Shown here: positions 45,399 through 56,885 of the stretch, one piece after another | How the letters are laid out: the number at the start of each line of letters is the position of its first letter | How positions within the stretch are numbered: the first letter of the stretch is position 1 | DNA from: Thraustochytrium aureum | Taxonomy: Eukaryota | DNA length: 56,885 nucleotides | NCBI GenBank assembly: GCA_012862495.1 | Contig: BLSG01000299.1 | Location: 87,772-144,656 of the forward strand | Direction of reading: 5' to 3' | Program-made: the position numbers and the translations under genes | Notes under the pieces: model-generated | Told to the model about the DNA's origin: nothing | Database searches by the model: none | What the model saw: only the letters and a program-made list of their open reading frames with translations

Positions 45399-48318
45399 TT
45401 AGCGCCACGACGTTGAAGGGCGCCAGGCGCGGCCCTGGCCGACTGGCGCACTAGTCTCTTGTGGGATTCGCCCGGACGGCGCGCCCACAGGCGAACGCCG
45501 CCACTGGAACACAGCCCGGTCATGCCCGCCAACTGAAACAACGCGCTTCGAGTCCGCAAGGAAAGTCACATTCATCACGTGGCTCGAGTGACCCGTTTCG
45601 CGATGGCTAGGGGCACCCTTGACAAGCACTGGGTAGTTGAAGAGGTTGACAAAGCCCGAGTCGTCCGCGGTCGCCAGGAGGCGCAGGTCGTTGGAGCGCG
45701 AGACGGCGTTGACATCCGTCCCATTCGATCCCTCGGGCCAAATTCCCATCACGTCAAAGCCCAGCACGCACGTGTACGTGTCCCAGTCTACGTCGCGGAC
45801 CTCGAACGCCTGCTTGATCTGGCGGCCCGTTTTCGCGTTCCAGATCAAGTGCTCGTAAGCCCCACATGTGGATTGCAGATAGGCCGAGTCCCTTGACCAG
45901 TCAATGTGCGTAATGTACGCGCTGTGGCCGCGGCAGCGAAACAAGTGCTCAAACGCGCCGTCCACGTCGTAAACGTCCACAAAGTTGTCGTGCGAGCCAA
46001 CCGCAAGCCGCGAGCCGTCTGGGCTAAACCGAAGCACGTCGATCGTCTCCCGCGCGTGCCGAGCCGCGAAAAGGGACTTGAACGAGCCCGCCTCAAGCAC
46101 GCAAAACGAACCATCCTTGAACCCCACCGCAATTAGTNNNNNNNNNNNNNNNNNNNNNNNNNNNNNNNNNNNNNNNNNNNNNNNNNNNNNNNNNNNNNNN
46201 NNNNNNNNNNNNNNNNNNNNNNNNNNNNNNNNNNNNNNNNNNNNNNNNNNNNNNNNNNNNNNNNNNNNNNNNNNNNNNNNNNNNNNNNNNNNNNNNNNNN
46301 NNNNNNNNNNNNNNNNNNNNNNNNNNNNNNNNNNNNNNNNNNNNNNNNNNNNNNNNNNNNNNNNNNNNNNNNNNNNNNNNNNNNNNNNNNNNNNNNNNNN
46401 NNNNNNNNNNNNNNNNNNNNNNNNNNNNNNNNNNNNNNNNNNNNNNNNNNNNNNNNNNNNNNNNNNNNNNNNNNNNNNNNNNNNNNNNNNNNNNNNNNNN
46501 NNNNNNNNNNNNNNNNNNNNNNNNNNNNNNNNNAATGAGCCGACCAGCGGAGGTTGCGGCAAGGAGGACCGGCGTCGCCTTGCCGCGCGAGAGAAAGGCG
46601 AGGTGGCGCGCAGACCCCGCACCCTCCGGGAGCTCAATCTGGTCAAGCCGAGCAAGCGAGCCCGCGCCCTTCGTCGCTTGGTCGCCCCCCCAATAGACGA
46701 CACTGCGGTCTTTGGCTCCGGCCGAGAGGATCTGATCGTTCGCAGCTGGGAGCAGAGCGAGCACGGGCCCGTCGTGGGCAGGCACGGCGCGGCGGCAAGT
46801 GCCGCGCGCCGTATCCCAGATGTACACAACGCCGTTCGAGCCGCCCGTCACAGCGGTATCGTTCGGCAAAAACGCGACACAACGCGTTTCGCGGGGCACC
46901 GGACTGACTTTGCCGTACGTCGCAGACTTGCCGCCTTGCAGCTTGCCACTCGAGGCGTCGAAAGTCCAAAACTTGACGTGCTTCACCCCACACGTCGCGA
47001 ACCGGTTGGTTGTCCCATCCTGATCAAAGGCGACCGCATGTACCTGCGGCGGCGCTCCGTTCTGCGTCGGCGCCTGGGCCAAGAGCTTTTGCTTGGTCCA
47101 GTCCCACACGGCCATCATGTGGTGGTTGTCTCCGCCCACAGCGACGAGAACGTGCGGTGAGGCGTGTGAAAAGGCCAGCGCGGTGATTTCGCGGTCGTAA
47201 AACCCAACAGGCGTGCTCGCAACTTGCTGCATGGTGTCGAGGTCCCACACTAGGACTAGCGGCGTCTTGCCCATGCAGCCGGTGGCGGCGTACTTTTGCG
47301 AGGCATCGATCGCGATGCAGGTGATATCGTCGTCGTGGCCCTTGAAAAATCGCTGCGTGTGCGAGCGAGGGTCGTATACGATCCCGACGCCCGCGGCCGC
47401 GTACACGACCTCGCCGCTGTCGCGAGAGATCAGTCCGCAACGCGAGTTGATGCCGTGCACGAACTCGAGCTCGAGCTTGTCGTCTGGAAGTGTCGACGAG
47501 GCCTTGAGCTGGCGGTCCGCGTCCCACTGCGACGGCGGGTGTGTGCTCACCCAATTGTTGCTGACACGGTAGCGTACAGTGTCCGGGATCTTGGTCAGCG
47601 GGCTGTTCTTGCGGAAAGGCCCTGTGCATATCTCGGCGGGTTTTTCGTGTTCGGGAACGGTGCGAGGCACAAATCCCCGAGCAGCGGCCAGCGTGCCAAT
47701 ATGTCGTGCCTCTTGGGCGCTGCCTTGTCCACGAGCTGCGGCAGGCTTTGCCGCTCGGCGCGGGGCGACGTCCGCCTCGTCGCGTGCCTGAGCCTCTGCC
47801 CGCGTTGTCTTGAACTGTGCGGCTTGTTCGCGGCGCTTGGCGCGGTTTCGCTTGGCCTGCTCGATGATGTCGTCCGCAAGTACCGAGCTGGCTTGCTGGG
47901 TCTGCCGCTGCTCCTTGAGCTCGGCTTGGCGCGCCTTTCGCTGGGCTGGGTCCTTGAACAGGCTTGAGACGAACTCGGATGCATCCAAGTCGCCGCTGCC
48001 GTCCGTGTCCCATTTGTCAAAGAGGGCGCGGAGAACGCCCGGGTCTGTGCCGACCACGAGAGGCTCGACAACCTTTTTGAACTCGGCGAACGAGATTACG
48101 GAATCGTGGTTGACGTCGAGCTGTTTGAACTGCTTGACCAGCGTTCGCTCGGGGTTGCTGCTTGACTTGGTGCGCTTGATCAGGTTGTCCTACAGGGCCA
48201 ACACCGCCGCTCGTTTGTGTGGGTTAGCGGCTGCATGGCCATGCACTTTGCTAGCTCATCTAGCTGGCTGCCTGGGACTCACCTTGAGGATCTCCTCGAC
48301 GTGCTCCACATTGTTCAT
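45399..48318 (-). CDS. EML/EMAP-type WD40 (TAPE-like) microtubule-associated protein with an N-terminal EF-hand pair; intron 48190-48282; N gap 46138-46533
   Basis: Exon 1 MNNVEHVEEILK; EF loops DVNHDSVISFAEF and DTDGSGDLDASEF; HELP-like LELEFVHG..VVYAAAGVGIVYD..QRFFKGHDDDI; EML-like C-terminus GHSAYITHIDWS, TYTCVLGFDVMGIWP..GTDVNA, GHSSHVMNVTF..SVGGHD..VFQW. Confidence 0.9.
48190..48282 (-). other. Spliceosomal GT-AG intron (93 nt)
   Basis: On the minus strand: donor AAG|GTGAGT, branch point GCTAAC (~48223-48228) and acceptor CTGTAG|GAC. Splicing joins exon 1 in frame to the EF-hand exon. Confidence 0.85.
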
Positions 48319-48511
48319 CGCCTCCCTCCAAGCCCCGGCGCGCGCGCCACCTCTCCGTGCCAAACCTCGCCAGGGGAAATCAAGCCACTCACCCAGCCCA
48401 CGCGCTTGCCCTGCTCCGCTCCCTCGCCGCAGTCCAACTCGTGCCTGCTCAGCTCCGTCCAGCCCAGCAGTCTCGACAGCAGCATTCCTGGGTGTTACCG
48501 TTACGACCGCC

Positions 48512-48617
48512 GACCCTAACCTCCTGTACGACCCTAGCCACCTTCGCCAACCCTAGCCAACCCTAACTAACCCTAGCCAACCCTAGCAGACCCTAGCCAA
48601 CCCTAACTGGCCCTAGC
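48512..48617. repeat. Telomere-like degenerate 10-bp repeat (CCCTAGCCAA / CCCTAACTAA)
   Basis: About 9-10 CCCTA(G/A) units, mostly at 10-bp spacing, close to the gap at 48704-49290. Confidence 0.75.
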
Positions 48618-49641
48618 GAAGCGATTGTTTGATCGTGCGAGTTTGCGCACGAAGTGATCCTCTTGGATTGTTGTTGATTTCTCTTCTTTCAAGATCAATC
48701 AAGNNNNNNNNNNNNNNNNNNNNNNNNNNNNNNNNNNNNNNNNNNNNNNNNNNNNNNNNNNNNNNNNNNNNNNNNNNNNNNNNNNNNNNNNNNNNNNNNN
48801 NNNNNNNNNNNNNNNNNNNNNNNNNNNNNNNNNNNNNNNNNNNNNNNNNNNNNNNNNNNNNNNNNNNNNNNNNNNNNNNNNNNNNNNNNNNNNNNNNNNN
48901 NNNNNNNNNNNNNNNNNNNNNNNNNNNNNNNNNNNNNNNNNNNNNNNNNNNNNNNNNNNNNNNNNNNNNNNNNNNNNNNNNNNNNNNNNNNNNNNNNNNN
49001 NNNNNNNNNNNNNNNNNNNNNNNNNNNNNNNNNNNNNNNNNNNNNNNNNNNNNNNNNNNNNNNNNNNNNNNNNNNNNNNNNNNNNNNNNNNNNNNNNNNN
49101 NNNNNNNNNNNNNNNNNNNNNNNNNNNNNNNNNNNNNNNNNNNNNNNNNNNNNNNNNNNNNNNNNNNNNNNNNNNNNNNNNNNNNNNNNNNNNNNNNNNN
49201 NNNNNNNNNNNNNNNNNNNNNNNNNNNNNNNNNNNNNNNNNNNNNNNNNNNNNNNNNNNNNNNNNNNNNNNNNNNNNNNNNNNNNNNNNNGCTCGAGTGG
49301 AGCATGAGCGAGCGAGAGACCGGAAGAGAAAGTGAATTGAAATCTTCTTCAAAGAGCTGTGCGGCGGATTTGCGGGGCGGTGGGCTTGTGGATGCGAAGA
49401 CCAAGACGAAGGACCATGTCCAGTAGAGAGTACCCTACCGAAACGAACGAAACCAACGTAGGGGCACATTCGCCGTTGCCAAAACGACCGCTGCCGACTG
49501 CCTCCAGTGCACGTCTCGATCAAAGGGGTTTGCACAGAGGGGCGCCATACCGCGCCACAGGAGCCCGATGTTCCCTATGTTCTGGCGGTGCGTTGGCAGG
49601 CGGGAGGGCTCGAGGCGCGTCGCGACTCGTGGCGGGACTGA

Positions 49642-51287
49642 CTACTCGTCGTCGTCGTCGTCCTCGGCAGCCTCCGAGCGGCCGAAGAGCACCTTGACGC
49701 GCTGGTGGATCCCGTAGCCTTGCGCTGCAAAGTGAAAGACGAGGAATGAGACGATGGTGTAGAACAGCGCGCCGAAGAGGTCCGAGACGTCCATGCACTT
49801 GAGCGAGCGACGCGGGCAGACAGTCTCGAGCACGTAGCGGATCAGGTAGGCGGCGAGCGCAACCATGATGGGCACGATGTACGGCGCCACAAAGCTGAAT
49901 GGGTCGCGGAGCCGGTTCGCCTCGAGGTAGTCCTTGAAGCGCTCTTCAATCTGGTGGTCGAGCTTGGTGCGGTACTGCCTGATGGAGGCCACCGGGCCGA
50001 GGCGGGCGATCTCGTTAAACTTGTCCACAGCGCCCTGCTGGCAGACGGCGTGGTGCTTTTTCAGCTTTTTCTCGGTCACGTACGGCTTGCCCGTCCCGCA
50101 AGGCGGTCCATCTCGCGCTTGTAGGTGTTGATAGCGCTCTGCAGCGCGTTCATGTTGTTGGCCTGCGCGGTGGCCGCGAGCAGGGTCTTGGCCTCCGGGA
50201 AGATCTTGGCCTCCTTGAACAGGGCGCAGTAGATCTTGATGAAGTTGAAGAGCTGCATGGCCGTCACGGGGCGGCCCGAGACCTTCTTCACGGTCATCCT
50301 TTTGCCAAAGACGCGGCGGATGTAGTCGGATACGAGGCGGCGGAACTCGGGGCTGGCCTTGTTGAGGTCGCCGTCGTAGGTCTTCTTGACGACCTCAAAG
50401 CCCGGGTGCGGCAGGAGCCAGATGCTCACCGTTTCGTAGCAGAGCTTGATCTGCTCGCGCACCTCCTTGAGGTCCTTTTGGTTGCGCTCGCCGAGCACCT
50501 CGTCGAGGTAGACCGACATGTCCTCGTGGATGGCGTCCAGGGCGCCGTCCACATCGACAAAGTCCTGCCAGTCGCGCACAAGGAGTTCGAGGCGCTGGAA
50601 GGGCCGCGGCGCTTCGCCCGTCTGCATCTCGGTGGGGTCGTCGACGGAGGAGGTCCAGTGGTCTTCTTCGCCGGCCCCCTTGCGCTCCTCGGCGAGCGCG
50701 ACGCGGCCGTACTCGGAGAAGAGGGCCAGGTGCTGCAAGTTGTCCTCTTGCACGCGCTTGTCCAGGTTGTAGACAGAGTAGCTGGATATCAGCGTGCTGA
50801 GACCAAAGATGGAGGCGGTCAGGTGCTGGCCCAGGTGGCTGTCGAACATGCCTTGCGTGTCCATGATGAGTACGGCAACCTTTTCGCCCTTGCTGTCGGG
50901 GAGCTCGCGGATAAAGTACTCGCTCCAAAGCCAGATCCCCGTCGTGCAGCGGTCGCGCCCGGACCGCCACCCGAAGCCGCCTTTAATGTCGCCGCCCTCC
51001 GAAGTCTTGTTGTTGTTGCCCTCCAGGTTGCCGCCCTTGTACATCCACGAGTCATCGGGCTCGCCCTTCAGCTTGTCCGGCCTTCCGGAGGAGCTGCGCA
51101 GGTACCGCAGGAAGAGGTCAAGGATGAAGCTCTTGCCTGTGCGAAACGCGCCGACGACGCTGATCACGTTGAGCTTGAGGTCCGCGGGAACCGTCTTGAG
51201 CACCGACTTGAGCGCCTTTTCATTCAGCACGAACGACTGACCCTCCGCGTCGATGTCGATGATCTTGACAGCCTGGGGCTTCATCAT
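49642..51287 (-). CDS. Atlastin-like GTPase (GBP/atlastin family) with a C-terminal transmembrane hairpin; frameshift ~50095
   Basis: P-loop VVGAFRTGKSFILD, FGWRSGRDRCTTGIWLW, MDTQGMFD, IFGLSTLISS, LLVRDW and LLPHPG. Two hydrophobic segments in ORF 49642-50079 follow. Confidence 0.92.
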
Positions 51288-52278
51288 CGCGCCACCAGCA
51301 CTAGCAACCAACAACCACCACCACCACCACCACAACAACACCAACACAACAGCCTATGGCCCCTCTCCCGAGCAGCCACCGCGCAGCCTGCGCAGCATCT
51401 CGCGAGTCAGCTCGCCTTCGCTTCAGCCTCCGCGCCTCTGCAAGGGCCGAAAACACTCACCCTTCGTCCCTTCGAGCGCAGGCGCGTGCGCGTGCGGCGG
51501 GCCCTGTTCGCACAACGAAGCAAACCAAGCCTTGCTGGTTTCCTTCCCCCCCGCGGGCTTCCTTGCTTGCTCGCGTGCTGTCTATCTTGCGCGCGTCCTG
51601 CCTGCCTGCGTGCCTGGCTCGAACAAGGCGCTCTGCCTGGCAGCCTCCCCAGAGCCCCTGTAAGCCAACGCCACAGAGTCGATCGCGCACTGCTGTTGGC
51701 CTGCCTGCCTGCCTGTTCGCCGGCCTGCCTGCCTGCCTGCCTGCCTGCCTTCTGCCTGCGAAGCCCGTCTGCCCCCCAGGTGCACTCGCGCAAACGACTA
51801 AAATTAGCCCGTTCCGAGCCGGGGCAATCGCCATTGCGGCGCAAAGGCTGTAAAATGTGCCTTTTCGAGACCGCAGCGGGGAGGCAGCACTCTATTCGTC
51901 AACGCGGTGTGCACCGGGCTGACTTCGCGTGGGCGCGAGGGGACAGGGGCAGGGTGAGTGCAAGTTCGTTCGCTCGCTGGCATCATGAGCGCATTGTGGC
52001 GCCCGCCCACCTTGGCCACCGTGTTGTGGGCTTCTGGTTTTTGTCGTGGCAGTGCGCTGGGGTGCGCAGGTTTTGGTGCCGTTTTTGGCGCGGCAATGCG
52101 GCGGCGGCATGCTTTCGAGGGCAACGCGCTTGGATTCGCCCACGACGAGCATGGACGCCGATCGCGTCGAGCAAAACCGTGAAATTCAGACACGCGTTGT
52201 ACGCAACGGACGACTATGGCAAGCCGGACAGGGCGAGGCCGGTCTTGCGTGCGTGGCAGCGCGGCTCATTTGATTTCC

Positions 52279-52322
52279 CGTTGTTGTTGTTGTTGTTGTT
52301 ATTGTTGTTGTTATTGCCTTTG
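52279..52322. repeat. (GTT)n microsatellite next to an N gap
   Basis: gttgttgttgttgttgttgttattgttgttgtt is visible directly. Confidence 0.9.
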
Positions 52323-52750
52323 TNNNNNNNNNNNNNNNNNNNNNNNNNNNNNNNNNNNNNNNNNNNNNNNNNNNNNNNNNNNNNNNNNNNNNNNNNNNNN
52401 NNNNNNNNNNNNNNNNNNNNNNNNNNNNNNNNNNNNNNNNNNNNNNNNNNNNNNNNNNNNNNNNNNNNNNNNNNNNNNNNNNNNNNNNNNNNNNNNNNNN
52501 NNNNNNNNNNNNNNNNNNNNNNNNNNNNNNNNNNNNNNNNNNNNNNNNNNNNNNNNNNNNNNNNNNNNNNNNNNNNNNNNNNNNNNNNNNNNNNNNNNNN
52601 NNNNNNNNNNNNNNNNNNNNNNNNNNNNNNNNNNNNNNNNNNNNNNNNNNNNNNNNNNNNNNNNNNNNNNNNNNGCCGCTGTGCCTCTCAGAGCTAGAGC
52701 TTGCTCGCGAGAGCGGTGCGCTCTCGCGCCCAGATCAAGCAAAACTCGAG

Positions 52751-54023
52751 CTAGAGCGCCGCAGCTGGCGCGCGGCGGTACAGCGTGACAACAGCACACG
52801 AGGACCCAGCCGTAGTTGTGCTGCAGGCCAACCGTGGCGCCGTCCACCTGACGCTTGCCAGCAATGCCGCGAAGCTGCCAGCACAGCTCGGCACACTGCG
52901 CCAGGCCTGTGGCCCCAACAGGGTGGCCCTTGCTTTCAAGCCCACCAGACGGGTTGACAACCCAGCGGCCGCCGAGCTGGAACAGCCGACCGCCGGCCTT
53001 GTTGGTGATCCACTTGCCGCCCCGTAGCAGGCTGATGCCCCCGCCGTTCTCCGGCGCCAGGCCGAGCGCCTCGTACGTAACGATCTCGCTGCTGGCGAAG
53101 GCGTCGTGCAGCTCGACCACGTCAACGTCCGCGGGCGTGAGACCAGCCTCGCGAAAGACGGCCTGCGCCGCGCGCCGCGAGAGGTCAAACCCGCACAAGT
53201 TGGCGGTCGGGTCCGCACCCGACGGCGAAAAGGTGGCCTCTGTGTCAGAGGTCATGCACTGCGCGAGGATCTCCACCGCCGAGCCCTGCAGGCCGTGGCG
53301 CTCCACAAAGTCCCAGTCGCACAATAGGGCAGCGGCCGCCCCCGAAGCCATCGGCGCAGACATGGCCGTGTTGAGCGGGGGGATCAGCGGCCGCGAATTG
53401 AGGATCTGTTCGAGCGTCAGCGGCTTGCGCACGAGCGCGACGGGGCTGTATTGCGCGTGCGCGTGGTTTTTCATCGCCACGAGGGCCAGGTCGTCCGTCG
53501 TGACACCGTGCTGCTTGCCGTACACTCGCGCGCTGTGCGCGTAGACCTTGAGCACGCTCTCCGTCAGCTCGGTGATGCCAGGAATGAGGCGCTCCTTGGG
53601 GATGCCGGCCTTCCACATCGCGTTCAGGTGCCGCTGGGCAGGGTGCTCGCGGTCGTCGAATAGGGCGCGGAGGCCCTTGGGCATCTTTTCAAACCCGCAG
53701 GCCATAACGCATCCCGACCCGGCCTGCACAAAGCGGCGCGCCGTATCGAGGGCCGAGCTCCCTGTCGCGCAGTTGTTGTTCACGTTGAGGACCGGGATGC
53801 CGGTGAGGCCGACGCGATAGCACGCCGTCTGGCCCGAGGTGGAGTCGCCGTACACAAAGCCACACACGGCCTGGTCGACGAGCTCGTAGGCGATTCCCGC
53901 GTCCTTGAGTGCGAGTCGCATCGCTTCTGCGCCCATCTCAGCAAAGTCGGAGGGCTCTGCACCAGGCCACCGAAACTCGGTGTGCCCCACGCCCACTACG
54001 AACACTCGCTTCTTTTGCGCCAT
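52751..54023 (-). CDS. SCPx/SCP2-type thiolase (nonspecific lipid-transfer protein family), thiolase domain only; frameshift ~52808
   Basis: RVFVVGVG, GFVYGDSTSGQ, NVNNNCATGSSAL, GFEKM, VELHDAF, NPSGGLESKGHPVGATG and GLQHN; the correct C-terminus CAVVTLYRR is in the frame that stops at 52751. Confidence 0.92.
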
Positions 54024-54422
54024 TTCGCCCCGTTCTCGCGCGGCTCTCGCGCCGGGCGGCGTGCACCAGATCGACTAGTTGCTGGCACGGTCGGGGTGGG
54101 CTCTAGCAGGTGACGGCGCGGCAGCCGGCGTGCGTGTGCCACGCCGAGTCCGTCTGAACCAGGTCGACGAGGACCTCGGCAACAAGGCCGACCCGTCCAG
54201 GCTGACGCCGCCCTCCGCAAGGCAGGCCGGCGATTGAACCGGGAGCCTCGCCACGCAGCGAGCAAACCGGGTCCGCGGGCTGCTCTTGTCGTGTCCTGCA
54301 CAAACCGGGTCTGGTCGCCGGCCCATCTCGTAGCGAAGGACTTCGGAAGTGGCAAAAGGCCGGACTTGCCGGCCCCAACCCAGCCGCCACTACCGACCGA
54401 AGTGTTTCCTTTCTTGTGTTGA

Positions 54423-54711
54423 TTGAAATCACTCGAGGCAACGACCGGACTNNNNNNNNNNNNNNNNNNNNNNNNNNNNNNNNNNNNNNNNNNNNNNNNN
54501 NNNNNNNNNNNNNNNNNNNNNNNNNNNNNNNNNNNNNNNNNNNNNNNNNNNNNNNNNNNNNNNNNNNNNNNNNNNNNNNNNNNNNNNNNNNNNNNNNNNN
54601 NNNNNNNNNNNNNNNNNNNNNNNNNNNNNNNNNNNNNNNNNNNNNNNNNNNNNNNNNNNNNNNNNNNNNNNNNNNNNNNNNNTTGAAATCACTCGAGGCA
54701 ACGACCGGACT
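54423..54711. repeat. Identical 29-bp sequence on both sides of an N gap
   Basis: ttgaaatcactcgaggcaacgaccggact occurs at 54423-54451 and at 54683-54711. Confidence 0.85.
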
Positions 54712-55011
54712 TTGCGATCGCACGCCTTCCGGAGTCGCCTTGCCTCGACGGCCGCGATCGTTGGAGAGCCTCCTTGCGAGGGCAGCTGCCGTGCTCAGCC
54801 GAAGGCAAACCTTCTTGCGGCGGTCCCACGCCCACCAGGTCTCCAGCAGACGGCTGGCTTCAGCCCGTGCGCTACTTGCAAACCGCTCAACGCGGTCGCT
54901 TCGCGCGTCGCGGCGGCCTCGAGGCGTGGTGGTGATCAAATATATTTCGTTCTCTCTAGCTAGCTAGCTAGCAGTAGAGCTACATACATGGGGGCGCAGC
55001 GCTGCGTGCAG

Positions 55012-56885
55012 CTACAACTCGGGCTCCTCCGCGCTGTCAGCGGCGGGCGGCGGCACGGTGAACCGCCGCAAACTCGCGCGCCACGAACTTCGCGGCCGAC
55101 CAGCGCTGGAGCGCTGAGCGCGGCCTGCCGCTTCCGCTGCGGAAACCTCGCTGTCCTCGTCGTCGTGGCCCAGTGTGTCGCGCGAGACGTGGAGATTCGC
55201 GTGGCAGGAACGCGAGCGCGACCTACCCTGCTCTGATTCGCGGTTTAGCGAGGCACGGAGCGCAGTCGACGGCGATCGAGCAGACTCTGTGGGCGATCGA
55301 GCTCCCTCCAAGCCAGCGACCCCGTCCGCGTTGTCTCTCGAGTGCCAGGTGCTGGGCGAGTCGTGGCTTGACGGCGCCGACCGAGGCGGAGGCTGCGGCG
55401 GCCTCAGGTCGCGCGAAGCGCTCGAGCGACCAAACACGAAAGGCAAAGGATGCGACGGCGGCGGCGGCGGCGGCGGCGGCGAGGGGGGAATGGCAACGCC
55501 TGCTGCTGTCCTCGACTGGATGTCCTCACGATCTCGGGCTGATATTGGTCAAGAATTGAGGCGAGCTCCTCCAAGAACTCGTCGCAGAAACCGAGCAAAT
55601 TGTGCTCGTCTTCAGTCGGGTGGTTGCGCGGGCCGTGCACGAAGCTGATGTACTGCGAGAGGCACTGCTCCGCAAACTCTGGGTCGGCAGACGCCAGCTC
55701 GCTAAAGTAGTGGCGCACGGTCGGGAAGATCTCGGTGAGAAGCGTCACCTGCGCAGACTCTCGCGAATCGCTGTGCTCGAGAACCTCGGGAATCCGCCCA
55801 ATCAGCTCTCCTGCGCAGCGCTCGAGGCCAACGAGCGCCGAGACCCGGAACTTGCTGTCCTGAAAACGCTGCGGGTTGCGGTGCGCTTCGGCGGTGCTGC
55901 TTCGGCGCAAGCCGGCGCGGCTCGCGATGACGTCGATTTCCTCCAGTTGCTCCTCTTTGAAGGGGAGGAGCGTCTCGGGCTCGGTAAAGTTGCCGGTGAA
56001 CAGCATGTAGTCCACGAGGGACTCGACACGGTAAGTGACGCGAGTCCCGTTCGGACGAGTGAAGACAAACGTGGCCTCTTCATCGCTGATCGGGGTGAGT
56101 AGGATTGGGTCGACGGGGCCCTCGCCTTCCTCGTCTTCGTCCTCGTCCTCGTCGCCCCCCTCCGCTGCGCCTTCGCTGCTGGCGCCATGGGCCTGGGGGG
56201 ACCGCGAGGCGCTGCGTCTTGGCCTGGAGAGTCGCTCGTCCTCTCGCTCCTTAGTCTCGACGTCGACGTCGACTTCGTCCGGCTCTCGTCGTTGAGCGCT
56301 TCGTCTGTCTCGGTCTCCACCTCTTCGTCCTCAGCGTTGTCCTCGCCGTCGTGGTCGACGTTGTTGCTACTCGCGCGACGGCCCGAGGCGGCCGAGTTCC
56401 CAACGCCGCGGTTTCGCGCGAGCTCTTCTTCGCGGGCGCGGAGAGCCCGTTCAATCCGCTTCTTTCGCACCGTCGCGAGCCGTTCCTGGAGCTCGTTCTC
56501 GCGTGGGCGCTGTATACGCCCCACGCGCCGCGAATGCTGAAAGACTGCTGGCCGCCGCGCAGGCGCCCAGGGCACAAACGTGGCTTCAGCGTTGCGCGAC
56601 GCGGCCGAGGAGGGCGACGAAGGCGCGGCTCGTGAACCGAAGGGGAGGAAGCTGCGCATCATGTCGAAGCTGCTGCGGCGGCGCCCGCGCGCGCGCCCGC
56701 GCTCCTGTGCCGGCGACGCTTGGGCGGCTGGAGCTTCTTCGTCATCCTGCTCCTCGTCGTCTTGCTCTTCGCGCGACACTGCTCTCGAGAAGCGGCCCCA
56801 GCTGGGGCGGCGGAGTTTGAGTGAGGCGCGGCGGCCCTTCTTGCTGCTCGAGGTGGCCGAGCCTCTGCCTGCGTCTAGGGCGGAG
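55012..56885 (-). CDS. Hypothetical protein, 5'-truncated at the window edge, with acidic low-complexity tracts and a U-box-like segment; frameshifted
   Basis: The frame is open from the window end into ORF 55802-56779. After a shift near 56280 it reads DPILLTPI..FVF..YRVESLVDYMLFTGNFTEPETLLPF, which has U-box-like spacing (~55960-56115). It then continues through ORFs 55404-56015 and 55012-55446. Confidence 0.5.

Noticed and set aside
48613..49535. ORFs spanning the N gap at 48704-49290
   Set aside because: They consist almost entirely of X residues and give no coding evidence.
50406..52697. 763-aa plus-strand ORF and similar long antisense ORFs (e.g. 28060-28977, 39974-41011, 43731-44762)
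   Set aside because: These are shadow ORFs opposite real genes in GC-rich DNA, or ORFs inflated by N runs, with no protein motifs.
54423..54711. Identical 29-bp sequences flanking a gap, with a TTGAAA end reminiscent of a CRISPR repeat
   Set aside because: Only two copies separated by Ns, in a eukaryotic context with no cas genes. A scaffolding overlap or collapsed tandem repeat is more likely.

Overview
GC-rich, gene-dense, nearly intron-free eukaryotic DNA from a draft scaffold with many N gaps. The gene content suggests a flagellated protist, possibly a stramenopile such as a labyrinthulomycete; that taxonomy is inference only. About 13 protein-coding loci can be rebuilt, and most are split by single-base indels that look like assembly errors. 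They are: an Sfi1-like repeat protein, a giant ARM-like protein, an ADAM/reprolysin-type metalloprotease, a short-chain dehydrogenase, an LRR-IQ-EF-hand protein, a giant EF-like/IQ/Clu/LamG/LRR protein, an H1-like/Myb-like protein, eIF3k, an EF-hand EML-type WD40 protein with one GT-AG intron, atlastin, an SCPx-type thiolase, a U-box-like protein, and a transposase. The standout is 27349-31043: a piggyBac-family DDD transposase with a YqaJ/lambda-exonuclease-like PD-(D/E)XK domain inserted between its second and third catalytic aspartates. It also has an N-terminal Cys knuckle and the piggyBac C-terminal Cys-rich domain, but I see no TTAA or terminal inverted repeats. All domain calls come from reading motifs by eye; no database searches were run.
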